Source: Mesotaenium endlicherianum (taxonomy: Eukaryota). Taken from it: a DNA stretch of 64,000 bases. The notes under the pieces were generated by a model, which saw only the letters and a program-made list of their open reading frames with translations, had not been told where the DNA came from and did no database searches. The stretch covers positions 505,914 to 569,913 of the forward strand of contig WELA01001462.1 in NCBI GenBank assembly GCA_009602735.1, written 5' to 3'. The position numbers were made by a program, and so were the translations under genes. This document shows positions 48,540 to 62,325 of the stretch, in pieces (positions within the stretch are counted from its first letter, which is position 1; every line of letters begins with the position of its first letter).

Positions 48540-49346
48540 TGCAATGAATCAGTATATTGGTAGATATGATATTCATTTATACATAAAAGTTACTGAAGTT
48601 CAGCTTGCTAAACTTTACTTAATATTGATTCTGCTGGACTTGATATAATCATCAGTTTGATGACTCAGCCGAGAGCAGCAGGCTGAAGTCAATTTAGGTC
48701 AGCTTGCTAACACATTCTTTGACAGCCAGCTGACTTCCGTACTTGGCAGCAGCGAGCTGCCTAGATATGCATCTAAGTGTGATATGCTAGATGAATGGCC
48801 AGAGGACACCCTTGGGTGGATGGCGATTCGGGATGATTAGAGAAAGCTGTGGATTAGGTTAGTCGAGGTCCTACCAACGTGGTTGACATCCTTGAGATCC
48901 TTGAGATGGATGGCGATTCGGGATGATGGGAGATGGTGGTGGATTTGGTTAACCGAGGTCCTACCAACGTGGTTAACTCCCGGGTAGGCGGTGCCATCGC
49001 ACTTGCCGTTGAACAGTAAATTCATTCCATGTACATAGGCTAGACATTGCTCTCGAGCTTGGCATGCAAAAACAAGGCCAACTCTCTTGTACTGCTTACT
49101 AAGAGATATTTGAATTCAAGGCGAGAAGCCATTGATACGCATTGTCTTCTAGCCTTGCTTATGTATGAGTTTACTGATTGCATTATTGATGCAAGTTTAC
49201 TTGCATTTGACTTGCGAGTATTGTCCATTCCTAGTGTGTTGTCTTTTGCTGTTTAATCAGTTAACAGAAAATACCATAAAGATTACTCGCTGATGTAAAG
49301 ATCTTCATTAATTGTTAATCGCTTATTGGTATGTCGATTCATTTCA
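48540..49346 (+). mobile_element. Solo LTR, family A (with internal duplication)
   Basis: TGCAATGAATC...CATTTCA. Perfect TSD AGAAG (48535-48539 / 49347-49351). Confidence 0.93.
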
Positions 49347-52300
49347 AGAAGCAAATTGTGCAGCTCTTGCAAACTCTCATTACATCCCTTACACTACTTT
49401 TTGTGTATTTGTCTTCGTGGTTTCTCCAATCTACCTCCCGTGCACCTTCAAGCAGAATGTCCCGCATAATCTCTTTGTGCTTTTCGCTCACCTTTGAAAT
49501 GAGCATGCCATTTCCTTCTGCCTCTCTTTGTCTCACTTCATCTGCGATATAAATTTCAGACCATTGTTGAAGTCACACTCACTGCCACAACAGTGGGCAC
49601 TTAAATTGGATCAATCTCCCTGCATGTGGAATGCTGTGTTATGGAGCTGGATCAAAGCACATCTCACACAGAAGCAAGTAGAGGCATTTGAGGGGAATAA
49701 GATGAGAGAACGCACCTCCATCCACTCTTATCCAGTTGTGTATCAAGCACTTCCACTTCTTCAATTATGCTGCCAGTGGTTGCAAGATTGTAAGCAAAAC
49801 AATTTAAAGCCTCCATCCGAACTCAGCCCCGCTGAAGACGTAAGTTTCATGCTCTCGCTCACCTTGGCCATCCCAAATGCGCGCACGGCGCAGGAGGGTG
49901 CTTTAACTCTAGGTACATGTGGATCTTCTCAAATATGGGGTTCCTCTTTACGAATAGGGATTGCATGTTGGAGAGACTTGTACAAGGAGCGCCGAAAATG
50001 AATGAAAAACTCACAAATGCCAATATTCATTTGGCCCTTATGAAGCCTTTTGCAGTCAATAATGAAATGCATTTCTCTTGTAAAACTACATAGGCTTCTC
50101 CCTGTCGAATGCACTGAGCCATGGAGCCATGCAAAATTTTGTCGCAAAGGCCATGCAAGACAGTGACGTCAAGGGCCTTGAGGTAGCGCTCTGCCATTGT
50201 TGCGATGGTCATAGCTTCCACGAGGTTAACTTGATCTAGTCGTAGATCAGCAGCTGAACGTGCACAAAAGTGGCAGGAGAGACCACTTCATCTGCATGCT
50301 TTCGATCATGAAATGCATAATAAATTTGCTCTCTGCTTCGACATGGTGCTTGCTCTCCAATTGCAGGTGCCATGGTGCGTAACGCTGATTCAACTTGTAT
50401 AAGCATGTCTAAGGCAGTCAAAGGTGGTCGGAGGTGTGTGATCACTGACCAACTACAGGGTATAATTTGTACGACCTTGGGATTGCACGCGCCCGTGACC
50501 ACCCATGAACCGGCAAATGTTTTGCAGTAGTGTAGAGTAATGATTGTTGATTGGAAGAGCATTTAGCTTGAAGTCTCTCGCATGCAAGCACCACACAATC
50601 ACTTCACAAAGTAGTAAGTTACAATTGATTTCATTGGGGCGATGTTGCACTTTTGGGTGCTCAAGACTCGATTGTGCATGCGAGGTTTCGAAAGAAACAT
50701 GGCAAGCATGGAACTTTGAGTAGGCTGTAAGCTAGAGCATGCATTCCCAAGGAACGAAGCTGAGAGAGCAGGTGGGGGAAAAAGCAAGGAGGCCTGTGTA
50801 GAGGACTTCATTCCTTTGTTTAGCCTTCCTCATACAGCACGGAACATACTTAAAGCAGCATTAAGATATCACAGCATTTAAGATATGACAGAGTTCTGCT
50901 AAGGTGACTCATTATCCGCTTGAGTGTTTGGGCAGTTCGAGCAGGGGTGGGAAAGATACAAGTTTCTGACCCACAGAAAACTTTTGCACCTGGAATGTGT
51001 AGAGGACTTAAAAGATGAAATAGAGCGCCGTATCACATAAGGTCAAGATGTTCATTGCCAAATGACTCATGTATATAGCAAAAGACTAGGGAGGCTTTGC
51101 CAAATACAAATTGAATAGATGAACCATTTTTTGAAGATGTGCTCTTCTCAAAAAACAAAGATGAACAGTATGAGGCCATGCTGCTGAAGTGAAGCTCATA
51201 TTTGCGCAAGTTATGTACAAGAAGAGTCTGAGAAAGTGGCATGCCTCCCTCTAGACTTGTACTAGAGAACATATGATATTGATTCATGTCCCCAAATACC
51301 CTTTGCTTGCCATGGCCTGCTCATTCTCTTCAAGTAGCCGTGGTAATCTGTGCAGGAAGAAAACATCAAAAGAGAGTCAACAAATAAAGAGCCTAAAACG
51401 TGAGGTATGTGAATTGGTTGTTGGGAATAGATTTCATATTGCACACAATACTCCTACCGCAGATCAACTTCATGGACATTAGTCTACTGTTCCACATTTG
51501 GCGCAGCGATGTCCACCTAAGCTTGGATGGGTGATGCCTTGAGCAGGATTTACATGCAAAATAATATAGGTTCAATGTCGACAGGCATCTTGAGGACAGG
51601 AGACGATTAAAGACAAAGCAATCCCATGCTGAAATGAATCGACTTACCAAACAGGCGATTAACAATTGATAAAGATCTTTATATCAGCAAGTAATTTTTA
51701 TGGATTTTCCGTTAACTGATTAAACGGCAAAAGGACAACACACTAGCAGTGAACAACACTTGTAAATCAAATGCGAGTAAACTAGCATCAATAATGCACT
51801 CAGTAAACTCATACATAAGCAAGCTTAGAAGACAGTGCGTATCAATTGCTTCTCGCCTTGGATTCAGATCTCTCTCAGTAAGCTGTACAAGAGAGTTGGC
51901 CTCGTTATCGAATGCCGAACTCGAGAGCAATGCCTAGCAAATGTACATGGAATGAGTTTCCTGTTCAACGGCCAGTGCGATAGCACCGCCTACCAGGGAG
52001 TTAACCACGTTGGTAGGACCTCGATTAACCAAATCCACCGCCATCTCCCATCCTCCCGAATCGCCATCCATCATAGGGATGTCATTTGGCCATTCATCTA
52101 GCATACCACAGTTAGATGCATATCAAGGCAGTTCGCTGCTATCGAGTACGGAAGTCAGCTGGCTGTCAAAGAATGTGTCAGCAAGCTGGCTTAAGTTGAC
52201 TTAAGCCTGCTGCTTTCGATTGAGTCATTAAACTGATATTATATATAAGTCCAGCAGACTGATTATTAATTAGAGTTCAGCAGGCTGAACTAATTTAACT

Positions 52301-52399
52301 GTTATATTTAAATGAATATTATATCAGTCAATATACTGATTCATTACAATCCTTCTGTCGCCTCGACAACACTGGCACAGGGTACATAGGCTTCCCCAA

Positions 52400-53450
52400 T
52401 TGAAATTACTGATTCCTCTCCCATCCAGCATGCTGTGCCCTTGGCCCTTCGCCCTTAGGAGGGAGATGCCCCTGGGGCCCTATGGTCAGGGGAGTTAGTC
52501 CTCCTCCTGTCTTGGGGTCTTCTGAAGCCTGTCAGAGAGGGAGGTTCCGTGTAGAGACCCGACGGTGAACGCAGTAACTGTGCTGTTTCCTCTTGCACGG
52601 TCTGAAACTGCATGGAGACAGCCTTCTCCTGGGCATGTCTCAAACTGACTTATACATATACCGGCATCCCAGAAGGATGTTGCACGACATGAGCTAAGGG
52701 TACATGCCCTCTCTGCGAGGGAGATGCCGGCAGGCCTTTGGCTATTTCTCTAGCAGCCCTCCTGTCTGCCCTGTCTGACTGGGTCTCCGTGCCTAGAGAT
52801 GGGTTCTGTCCTCTGGCAGTTCCCAGCCAAGTGATATCCTCCTCTTCAGCGAGTTGCTGCGGGGCCAACCCCGTCTTCTCCCTTACAGGGGATGTGGCAG
52901 GTGTCAGGATCACGGCGGGGCTAGTGTCCTCCTCCTCGCCTTCCTCCTCGTCTTCCTCTGACTCCTCCTCCTCTTCGTCCCCGGGTTCCTCTGAGACTTC
53001 TGGGGTCTCTTCTATCAGCTGCTCCAGTTCTTCCCGAGAAAAAGAACATCCCACTGACCTTCTGTGACTCACTGCGACTTCTCTGAGCATACTTGAAGGC
53101 CTCCTCCAGTAGATCAAAGCCCTTGCCCACTACTGTGTAGCGGTAGCTGCTGATTCTCCTCTGCTCTTCTTCAGCCTGCTGCTTCCGCTTCTCCTCAGCT
53201 TGCCTCTCCTCCTCTGCTTTCTTGGCCTCCTCTGCAGCTTTTTTGTCCAGTTCTTCCTGCCTCAGTCTGGCCTATTCCTCCTCCTCCTTCTTCTTCTGTG
53301 CCTCCCGCTGTTGTTGGAGTCGTTGTGATTCCCAAGCGGAGATGGAGGATGATTCGATGTCTCCACGGAATTGCAAGTATTCTGCATGTGCCTCTTCCGC
53401 CCTTCTCTTCCTCTTAAGGTCCGACTTTTAAGTCATCTTGCTCAATCATA
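52400..53450 (-). pseudogene. ORF3 of copy A3 (internally deleted)
   Basis: Homologous to 26.4-28.05 kb. A jump at ~53070 removes the middle part. Confidence 0.6.
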
Positions 53451-53822
53451 AACACAATGCAGTTAGTGAAGTCATGATATTTTGCAGCTACTGAGTGCCC
53501 TTGATGAAGAGGAACGCGATCGGGAGAGTTCCTAGTGTGAAATACCTGGTGTGAGTGAATATAAGGGAAAATTGAGTTGGAGAGAAAGTGAGTGTGAGCG
53601 CAGGTTGAGTGTGTAATATGGTTATCAGAGATTTTTCGGCTGATCCCGAAACAAAATACCACTCCCTCCAACTTAATCGTAAAGGTGGGCTGCCTGTCAC
53701 AACTGTCACTAACTGTCACATCCCCCTCCAACTTATATGGAGACAGGACCTCCTGTCACCATCCCATGTCTACTGTAGGGACAGTTAGGGCGGTGCCCCA
53801 GCCGCCCGAAGGTGGAACCGTT

Positions 53823-56738
53823 TCACGCCCCTTTGGCATGGGTCAGCTGGTCTTTAATCTCCCAAGTGTCCCCAGAGGCATCGTAACCCTTCCATCGGAT
53901 GAGGTACTTCATGACATATTTAGACGATCGACGGACCGAGCGAGCGTCTAAAATCTCATCGACCTCATATTCCTCAGGGTCGCCGTCTCGGACAGCGGGG
54001 ACCGGTCCCGGTTGGACAGGTGACCTACCTGTGAACAGTGTTTCACCTTTGATGTATGGTTCCAGGAAGGAGCCATTAAAGACCGGGTGACTCTTGTAGT
54101 CCGCTGACATGTTCAGTTTGTAAGCATTCTGACCGACACGACGCACTACCAAATATGGACCGACCCAGACCGGGCCAAGCTTTTTCTTGACCACACCAAG
54201 GAGGTACAGGTGCTGAGAATGCAGTTTGACTAAATTGCCCTTAGAAAATGTCAGCTCCCGACGGTGTTGAGCAGCGTATTTTTGTTGGTTTTCTTGGGCT
54301 TTGTGCAGGTTTTGTTGGACTTCTGACAGTGTGTCAGCAAACTCCTGAGTTAATTGGAGGGAGACCGGATTGTCAATCCCTTCAGGGTCAGTTAAAGACT
54401 CCCCCACTACATCTAAAGGAGACTTAGGGACTCTACCCAGGCTGAGTTCAGAAGGAGTCTTGCTCGTTGACGCGTGCACCGCACTGTTGACCGCAAACTG
54501 AATTTGAGGCAACAGGTCATCCCAATTATCTTGTTTTTGGTTAATATATGCTCTCAGCACCTCCTGCAGAACTCGGTTAGTTCTTTCTGTCTACCCATTA
54601 GTCTGACGGTGGTTTGCTACATGGTTGTAGAACTGTCTCGCTGTTTCGAGTGCAGTTACTTTGACAATTGTGGGGATGAAAATGACCATTTTTGTCTGTT
54701 TATCCACGACTACCAGTATCGAATCATGCCCATTAGCAGTTCGTGGCAGTGTGACCACCCAGTCCATGGATATAGTTTCCGAGCGTCACGCTGGGATGGG
54801 CAGTGGTTGCAAGAGACCTCCCGGTGGTGTGTGCCTAGACCTATTTCTTTGACATTGATCCCAGGACTTCACATATTTCAAGACCTCTTGGGGCAACCCC
54901 TCCCAGTGATTTGCCAGTTTACCAACAGTTTTGGCCTGCCCCAAATGCCCACCCAGTAAACTGAGTCATGTGCTTGACTCAATAAAAGGGACCTTATTTC
55001 CAAGTTATTAGGAATGACCAGCTTCAGCCTGCCTGAAGTGGTTTTAGTCACCCAGACCCCTCCCTTACGTTTATACCCGAGTGCAGTAGCACGACACACA
55101 CCAGTAGTGGGGCTGGGCTCAAATGTTGGGTCAGAAAGGTAGGCTTTCCTAAGTTGTTCAAGGAAGGACTTTTTCACCTTTAGTGAAGTGAGTGCACACA
55201 GGACTTTATCTACAGCATGCTGACTAAAATTCCAGGAAAACTTGCACAAATTTATCCAAATAAGGCCTCAAAATGTCATTCATAGCACCCATGAAGGTCG
55301 CAGAAGCATTTGTGAGTCCAAATGGCATCACGTTGAACTCATAGTGTCCATAACGTGTGCGGAAGGCAATCTTGTGTTCATCCCCCTCAGTAATCCTGAT
55401 TTGATGATAATCACTTTTGAGATCTATCTTACTGAACACCTTAGCACCAGACACCTTAGCACCTGACCGGGTATCAAGCAAGTCCTTGATTTTGGGTAAA
55501 GCATACTTGCTCTTTACTGCAATTCTGTTCAGGGCTCTGTAATCCACACACATCCGCATACTGCCATCCTTTTTCTAAACAAATAGGATGGGTGCGCCGT
55601 AAGGTGATTTACTGGGAGAAATGTAACCATTTTCCTCAAGCTCTGCAATCTGTGTTTTCAACTCCTTGCTCTCCACATAAGACAAGCCATAAGTGCGTTG
55701 CCAGGGTGGCTGACTCCCAAGTAATAAATCAATCATATGATCTACTTCCCTCTTAGGGGGTAGTCCTGGAGGCATATCAAATACATCCGTGTATTGAGCA
55801 ACAATTTTTGCAGCAGTAGGGTGCTCCGGAGGGCTTACCTTTCTCTCCACCACTTCTTCAGGTTGAGGAGGTACCTCTCTTAGCAGCATACAGAACATTC
55901 TGTCTTCCTTCTGGTTCCAACTTTTGACGAACTCCATTGCATTCAGCAACTTGCATCCTCCTAGAAGCCTCTTCTTATCCTTCATTTGCCATCCACACAG
56001 GACAAGAGGAAGAGCACTGGTGGGTGCCAAGTCACTCTGCCCATCACTGGCTCCTCTCACTTCAACTGTACCTCTGCTCCAACACACTTCAGCTTGATGT
56101 CTATTAAGCCAGGACCTGCCTAGCACGAGATCATAAAAGCCAGTGTTGAGTACCTCAAATGTAAGCATTTCAGTTAGAACGGCAATGCCAGATCCTAACT
56201 GGACCTCAATAGGCTTGGTTATAACTCCACCCGGGATACTTGAGGCATCTCCAAGGAATATTTTTCTATTCCCTTGGGTGACAGTAGGCAGCCTTAGCCG
56301 CTTAACTAAGTCCTTGTGGATAAAAGTATGTGACGCCCCTCCGTCAACAAATGCCCTCACCTTCCTACCTGCAATCATGCAATGCAGTAGGATAGGGGCG
56401 ACTGTCTTTTCCTGACTTTTGCATTGTTCTCCTGACTTAGCAAAGAAATGTTGGACATCAGGTGGAACAAGAGCATCCAGAGTGTGCACTCTCTGGACGT
56501 CTATATTGCTGATGGTCTCCTTTATCTGGTTGTCAGGCATGCATAGTGAATCCAGTTCAGCAGGACCCATAATACCTGCTACGAGGGCAGCTAGTGACGA
56601 CTCACTATCTCTAGCATCCTCACAGTCAGTAGACTGGATTACTGACTGTTGCTGTCTTTTAAAGGCAGGTCTTTTCTCTCGACCTTTGGAAGGTGCGTGA
56701 CTGGACACTGTTCTCTGTAGTGGCCCAGCTGCTGACAA
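53823..56738 (-). pseudogene. pol: A3 pol pseudogene; RT C-terminus and RNase H deleted
   Basis: Chromodomain EEYEVDEILD...YLIRWKGYDASGDTWE. At ~55230 the sequence jumps from the RT motif VQVFL to the pre-integrase linker. Confidence 0.88.
56622..56663 (-). promoter_or_regulatory. Putative -1 frameshift signal (family A gag-pol)
   Basis: Slippery T TTA AAA (rc 56657-56663) in the gag frame, 7-nt spacer, then a 10-bp hairpin ACAGTCAGTA/TACTGACTGT. Confidence 0.7.
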
Positions 56739-58659
56739 TGGTAGCGAACGGATTTTGATGAGGCTGGTCTCCGCTTAGTCCTACCACCACCTCTTCCATA
56801 GCCGCCTCGAGAACAACCGCCTCTACCTCTAGACTGTATAGCATTGTACTCATACGTATATTCATCACCCTGATCATCCTCAGCCTGGTCTCCTTCAATT
56901 GCATTGTAGGAGCCGTGGGGCTTTTTGACAATCTTAAACACCAAAGCATTACTCTGGCGCTTGTGATTGAACTGTTGCTGATCCCAGGCATCAGCATCCT
57001 GGATCAAGTCAGCCAGTTTCTCATACTTCTTCTCAGCAAAATGACCAGAGACTTCGGATTTCAAGCCATACCTGAAGTATGCTATCCTATATCGTTCTGG
57101 CAAGTCTGGTTGTTTCATCATGTTCTCCTGGAACTTTTGAGCAAACTCAGCAACTGAAGTGGTCTGCTTCAGTGTCAGGGAGATAATCGCATAGATAGCT
57201 TTCTCCTGCTGGTTGATGACATCAAACTTCTCATGCAACTTCTCGACAAACTCTCCCCACATAGGGTCACCGAGTTGCCGAGCCTTACGCTCTCCTTTCC
57301 AGTAAAGCCACCAGTCTGCGGAACTGCCTTTCAGTAGCGCACCGGTGTGCCTGACCTTCTCGTAATCTTGCAGTTCTAGATAGTTCTTGTAGTGAAACAG
57401 ATAGATAAAGTACTTAGTAAAACAGAATACTTTATCTATTCAAGACAAGGATCTTTGAACACAAGTGGTAGCTTCTTGAAAGAGAGATGGCTTCTTGAAA
57501 GTTAATATATTTCTGGATTTTGGCAAGTACAAGAGTGATTCTCCAATGTCTTTCTATGTTCTAGCTCTTGTTTATATACTTGCTACATAAGTAATTTCTA
57601 GGAAGGTGTATGTTGATGTGTTGGCACCCAACACATCCCAAAACTTGCCACCTCTTTCTAGAATAATGTACACATGTCCTTTTGACCTAAAAATGGCACA
57701 TTTGACTTTTGCCACATGGAGTTCTTCTAGGTCTTTCCTCTAACTTCGAAAATGCCTTGGAAGGTTCAAAGGACATGAACCAAGTTACTAGAGTACCTAT
57801 TCACACTTGACTCCACACAATACTACTCCAAATATATTTGAAAACATTAAAATATATGCAAACTAATATATAATAACTCAAATCACTACATCACCCCCCC
57901 GATAGAAAAAGCGACGTCTCGGCGCGTCAAGTCAGGTCTTACACATGTGGAGCAAACTAGTCAACAGTTTCAAGTCAGATGCCACACATGTGAAGAGGAC
58001 TAGTCAAAGGCGCCAAGTCAGGTGCTACACATGTAAGGTAGACTAGGCAAGGTCGTAGGTGGTGTGACCTTATTGGCTAGCCTACTCCTTAATGATAAAG
58101 AAAATTGTACAAGTTGGCCCAGAATCTGCCACGAACTCAAAAATTCATAGCGGCCACAGAACTGCTCCAAATCTGAAAATTCGAGTGCCAGACGGACCGC
58201 GTCGGAGAACTCTACCGGGTCACCAAATTTGAGAGCATTCTCATTTCTGGAGTGTCGTTGAGAGCTGAGAGAGTAGGCACTCCTCCAAATCTGTGCAGAA
58301 ACTTCTGAAAATCATAAGTCCTTCTATACTTCTCCAAATTCTGCAAACTAAGTCTCAAACTGGGCGCTGTAAGATGTTCTACCAGAGTCTTGAGTTTCAG
58401 AGCATTCCAAGTTCAGGGGAGGGCACAATGTCAGAAGGCATATTCTGCCCTAACAATGCCAGCAGCCTGACCCCCTTCTACTTAGAGCATCATATCTCTC
58501 TCACCAGTGCTCCAAATTGAGCAAACTTGGACTCTAAATGACCGGCTACTCATGGACTACAGCCAGGTAAATTTTCAGAATTTATTATGCAGAGACCTAT
58601 TACCAGTAGCAGTTTTAGTTTTCTGTCCAGAAACTGCGAGAAGAGAAGAGTGTCTAATG

Positions 58660-61600
58660 TCAATTTTTCCTCTTTCTTGTTCTTGCAGGCTGCCTCCAAG
58701 GGGTCTTCTGCTGCTTCTTGATGGTGGCAGGCTGCCTCCCTGAAGTCTTCGGGCTTCTAGTAGAGAGACTTGGGGCTGGTCCAAGATGGGGGTTGGCGGC
58801 ATGGAAGCGCTTCAACTTTCTCTGAACTTTGTCAAGGTAGTGCGCCGCCACCCAACTATTCTCCGAATCTGGATATCCTTTCCACTTGATCAAGTATTGC
58901 TGCTGTCTCCTGAAATTTCTCATAGCCACTATGTCTTCCACTTCGTACTCCAAATGATCATCCACTATTGTTGGGGCTGGTGGGGTTGTCACACGTCCTG
59001 GGAACTTGTTGTCGGGTTGCACATATGGCTTGAAGAGGGAAGCGTGGAATACGGGGTCGATGTGCATAGTCTGGGGAAGTTCTAGCTTGAAAGCAACGGG
59101 GTTGACTTGCTGGATAATCTTGAAGGGTCCCAAATACTTGGGAGAGAACTTGCTGCCGGCAGGCCTGTTGTTCAGGGAAATGTTCTTGGATGATAGTAAC
59201 ACGTTGTCACCCACTCTGTACGTAATTTCTCTTCTGGATCTGTTCGCCACTCTTGCTTGAGCATCTTGCGCGTGTTGTAGAGCTTTCTTCGCTGCTGTAA
59301 GGGCTGCTTCTAATGTCTCCATAAAATCTGTGGCTGCAGGTACTTCATCATGGCCAGCCGTGAAGCTCAGTGGCGTGGTCGGATGGAAGCCATAGTTGAG
59401 GAAGAATGGGGACTCTTGGGTAGAGGCCTGCGTAGTGTTGTTGTAGGCAAACTCGAGGGGGGTCAAGTACATGTCCCAGTCTTGCTCGAGGGTAGACACG
59501 TAGGCCTTTAGAGAGGTCTTTAGGGTACGATTCATACGCTCGGTTTGCCCATCTGATTGTGGGTGGTAGGCAGTAGACATATCCAGCGATGTACCCAAGT
59601 TCTTGAAGAGATTTTTCCAGAAATGGCTTGTGAATCTTGGATCTCTATCTGACACAATTCTTGATGGTAGTCCATGGAGTCGGAAGATGTTGTCAAAGAT
59701 GAGTCTTGCAAGTTGTGGTGCTGTAGCCTTAGTCGTCGTGGGAATAAAATGAGCCATCTTGGTAAGTCTGTCCACCGCCGTGAGTATTGCATTATGGCCT
59801 CGAGGTGTCACGGGCAAGTCCACGATAAGGTCCATTGAGATGTCCGTCCATTGTCTTTCGGGGATTGGTAGTGGTTGGAGGAGTCCTCCCGCCTTTTGCG
59901 ATGATGGCTTGATTCTTTGGCATGTGTCACAGCTCCTGCAGTACTCCTTGACTTGCTTAGACATGCCTGGCCAACAATAAGTCCTAGCTAGAACGCCCGT
60001 GGTCCTTAGGATTCCAAAGTGTCCTCCAAGAGGGTTGTCGTGTGCTTCTCGTAGAAGCAAGAGCCGGAGGTCTAAGTCATTAGGAACACATCTCTGGCCC
60101 GTATCTTGCCTCACCCAATAATTGCCTTCTTGCTTCTTGCATGGGTCCAAGGCTGCTTCTCCGTTCTTGTAGTAAGGGTCTCTTTCATAGGCGGCTGAAA
60201 ATCGAGCTTCCAGATCTGTCTTCAGGGATACCATCACTGCATTTAATTGCAGTCTTGAGAGGGGGTCAGCCGGGTTTGTCTTGCCGGGCTGGTACTGAAT
60301 CGTGATGTTGTATTGTTGCAAGTATCCGCTCCATCTTGCTTGTCTCCTTGAGAGATACGGCTGCGTTTGGAGGTGCTTTAACGCCTCGTGGTCCGTGGTG
60401 ACCAGTACTTTGCGTCCTTCAACGTAGCAGCGCCAAACCTTCAAGGCATGTACAATCGCCAATGCCTCTCGCTCCGTGGTTGTATAATTTTGCTCGGCTG
60501 GATTTAGCTTCCTTGACTCGTAGGCGATGGGCTGCAGTCCCTTGCCTTGGTCTTGAAGCAGGATTGCTCCTATTGCATAGGAAGATGCATCGGTGATGAC
60601 GTGGAAGGGCCAATCTGGGTTTGGACTTGGGAGTGTGAGCACCGGGGATGTGGTCAATCTTCGCTTTAACTCTTGAAATGCCTCTTCCTCTTTCTCGGTC
60701 CATGTATATAGCCTGTCCTTCTTGAGTAGATCTGTCAGGGGGGCTGCTATGTGCGAGAAGCCTTGGATGAATTTTCTGTACCAATTGGCAAATCCCAAGA
60801 ATGACTGGAGTTCTTTCTTGGTCGTGGGGGTTGGCCATTCCTCCACCACCGTGGTCTTCTTGGGGTCTATCTTGATGCCATCAGCAGTCACGTGGAGACC
60901 TAGGAACTCCACTTCTTGTTTGGCAAACTCGCATTTTGACTCCTTCGCAAACAGCTTGTTTTGCTTCAATACTTCAAGGACTTCTTTCAAGTGTCTCGCA
61001 TGCTCTTCAAGGGTCTTGCTGTAGATAAGGATGTCATCGATGAATACCACCACAAATCTGTCCAACATGGGCTGAAATATGGTGTTCATCATAGTCATGA
61101 AAGTTGCTGGCGCGTTGGTGAGTCCAAATGGCAGGACCATGAACTCAAAATGTCCATATCTTGTCCTGAATGCCGTCTTCTCTATGTCCGGTTCTGCGAT
61201 GCGAATCTGGTGGTAGCCGCTCCGTAAGTCAATCTTCGTGAAGTACTTGGCTCCAACCAGCCGGTCCATGAGCTCATCCATGCGCGGCAGCGGGTATCGA
61301 TTCTTGATGGTGATCTTGTTGAGGGCGCGATAGTCCACACACATCCTCAAGGTACCATCTTTCTTCTTGACAAATAGCACCGGGGCTCCAAATGGCGACT
61401 TGCTAGGTCGAATGAAGCCATGCTCCAGTAGCTCCTTGATTTGCTTCTTGACTTCGTCTAGCTCCGTGTATGACATTTTGAACGTAGGCCGAGAGATGGG
61501 CTTGCTTCCGGGCTCCAACTCTATCTTGTGGTCTACGAATCTTTTGGGGGGTAGGCCCTTGGGCAATTCCGGGGAGAACACTTCTTTGTAGTCCTCTAAG

Positions 61601-62325
61601 ACTTCTTGTATCTCCTTGGGAACGGGGCTGCCTTCTTGACTCTCGATGTCTTTCTTGATGTCTTTTGGCGTGATCAAGGCCAAAAGAAGCTCGTGTCCCT
61701 TCCTCACAAGTCTCTTGAGTTGGAGGGCGGACAATAGTATCTCGTGTGCCGGCTTCTGGATGTCTTGGGTCTGGATATTCTGGATTGCGCGCAAAATACA
61801 GATTCTTGAAGTGATGTCATTCTTGATCTTGATAGTACCGGTCCTCCAATCAACTTGGGGGTTGTGCTTGGTCAACCAAGGCGTCCCTAGGATGACGTCG
61901 TACTTGCCCAATTGCATGGGGGAGAACACTACTCTATCCTTGAAGGACTTGATAGAGAGTGCCAAGGGGTACGTCTTCTTGGAAGGGGTAGTATAGGAGA
62001 ATCCATCGGGCATCATAATCTCCTCGTCGTGGTCAAGAGTTCGCATAGTAATACCGTGCTTGGTGGCAAAATCTGCAGCAATGAAGTTGCCTTGAGCTCC
62101 GCTATCCACCAAGATGTGGACCTTCTCTCCTCCAAGGTAACCTCTCAAACTCATTGGGGCTGGAACGTCGTCTTCAACGGGGGTCTCCACCTCACTTGGC
62201 GTGTTGCCTTCTCGTGAAGTGGGTCTTGGGGTGGTAGGCTCCTGGCCTACCGGCGCTGTCCGTTTTTTGACAACTTTTTGGGGCATGAAAGTGCACGATG
62301 GCCCTTTTCCTTGCAATAAAAGCAT
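58660..62325 (-). CDS. pol: Pol polyprotein (B2): protease, RT, RNase H, integrase, chromodomain
   Basis: Uninterrupted 1221-aa frame with [22 protein letters not shown]...CDTC, ISMD/SDRD/QTE and YEVEDIV...YLIKWKGY. Probably entered by -1 frameshift. Confidence 0.95.
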   Translation of the reverse strand: MLLLQGKGPSCTFMPQKVVKKRTAPVGQEPTTPRPTSREGNTPSEVETPVEDDVPAPMSLRGYLGGEKVHILVDSGAQGNFIAADFATKHGITMRTLDHDEEIMMPDGFSYTTPSKKTYPLALSIKSFKDRVVFSPMQLGKYDVILGTPWLTKHNPQVDWRTGTIKIKNDITSRICILRAIQNIQTQDIQKPAHEILLSALQLKRLVRKGHELLLALITPKDIKKDIESQEGSPVPKEIQEVLEDYKEVFSPELPKGLPPKRFVDHKIELEPGSKPISRPTFKMSYTELDEVKKQIKELLEHGFIRPSKSPFGAPVLFVKKKDGTLRMCVDYRALNKITIKNRYPLPRMDELMDRLVGAKYFTKIDLRSGYHQIRIAEPDIEKTAFRTRYGHFEFMVLPFGLTNAPATFMTMMNTIFQPMLDRFVVVFIDDILIYSKTLEEHARHLKEVLEVLKQNKLFAKESKCEFAKQEVEFLGLHVTADGIKIDPKKTTVVEEWPTPTTKKELQSFLGFANWYRKFIQGFSHIAAPLTDLLKKDRLYTWTEKEEEAFQELKRRLTTSPVLTLPSPNPDWPFHVITDASSYAIGAILLQDQGKGLQPIAYESRKLNPAEQNYTTTEREALAIVHALKVWRCYVEGRKVLVTTDHEALKHLQTQPYLSRRQARWSGYLQQYNITIQYQPGKTNPADPLSRLQLNAVMVSLKTDLEARFSAAYERDPYYKNGEAALDPCKKQEGNYWVRQDTGQRCVPNDLDLRLLLLREAHDNPLGGHFGILRTTGVLARTYCWPGMSKQVKEYCRSCDTCQRIKPSSQKAGGLLQPLPIPERQWTDISMDLIVDLPVTPRGHNAILTAVDRLTKMAHFIPTTTKATAPQLARLIFDNIFRLHGLPSRIVSDRDPRFTSHFWKNLFKNLGTSLDMSTAYHPQSDGQTERMNRTLKTSLKAYVSTLEQDWDMYLTPLEFAYNNTTQASTQESPFFLNYGFHPTTPLSFTAGHDEVPAATDFMETLEAALTAAKKALQHAQDAQARVANRSRREITYRVGDNVLLSSKNISLNNRPAGSKFSPKYLGPFKIIQQVNPVAFKLELPQTMHIDPVFHASLFKPYVQPDNKFPGRVTTPPAPTIVDDHLEYEVEDIVAMRNFRRQQQYLIKWKGYPDSENSWVAAHYLDKVQRKLKRFHAANPHLGPAPSLSTRSPKTSGRQPATIKKQQKTPWRQPARTRKRKN

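Larger units (their letters stand above)
46292..49970 (-). pseudogene. Decayed paralogue G2, interrupted by two solo LTRs
   Basis: ORFs 49339..49536, 47823..48350, 47521..47745 and 46292..46741 match G1 (e.g. HLAEFVRR..NVRHL.IVYD.CISDTE, WAFAP.WLA, TIYCTC). Continuity is restored when the TSD-flanked inserts are removed. Confidence 0.55.
51630..57387 (-). mobile_element. Ty3/gypsy family A, copy A3 (internally deleted; gag interrupted by B2)
   Basis: 3' LTR 51630-52348, ORF3 relic, integrase/chromodomain ORF 53823..54560, RT fragment, protease ORF 55575..56738 and gag fragment 56639..57262. Confidence 0.9.
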
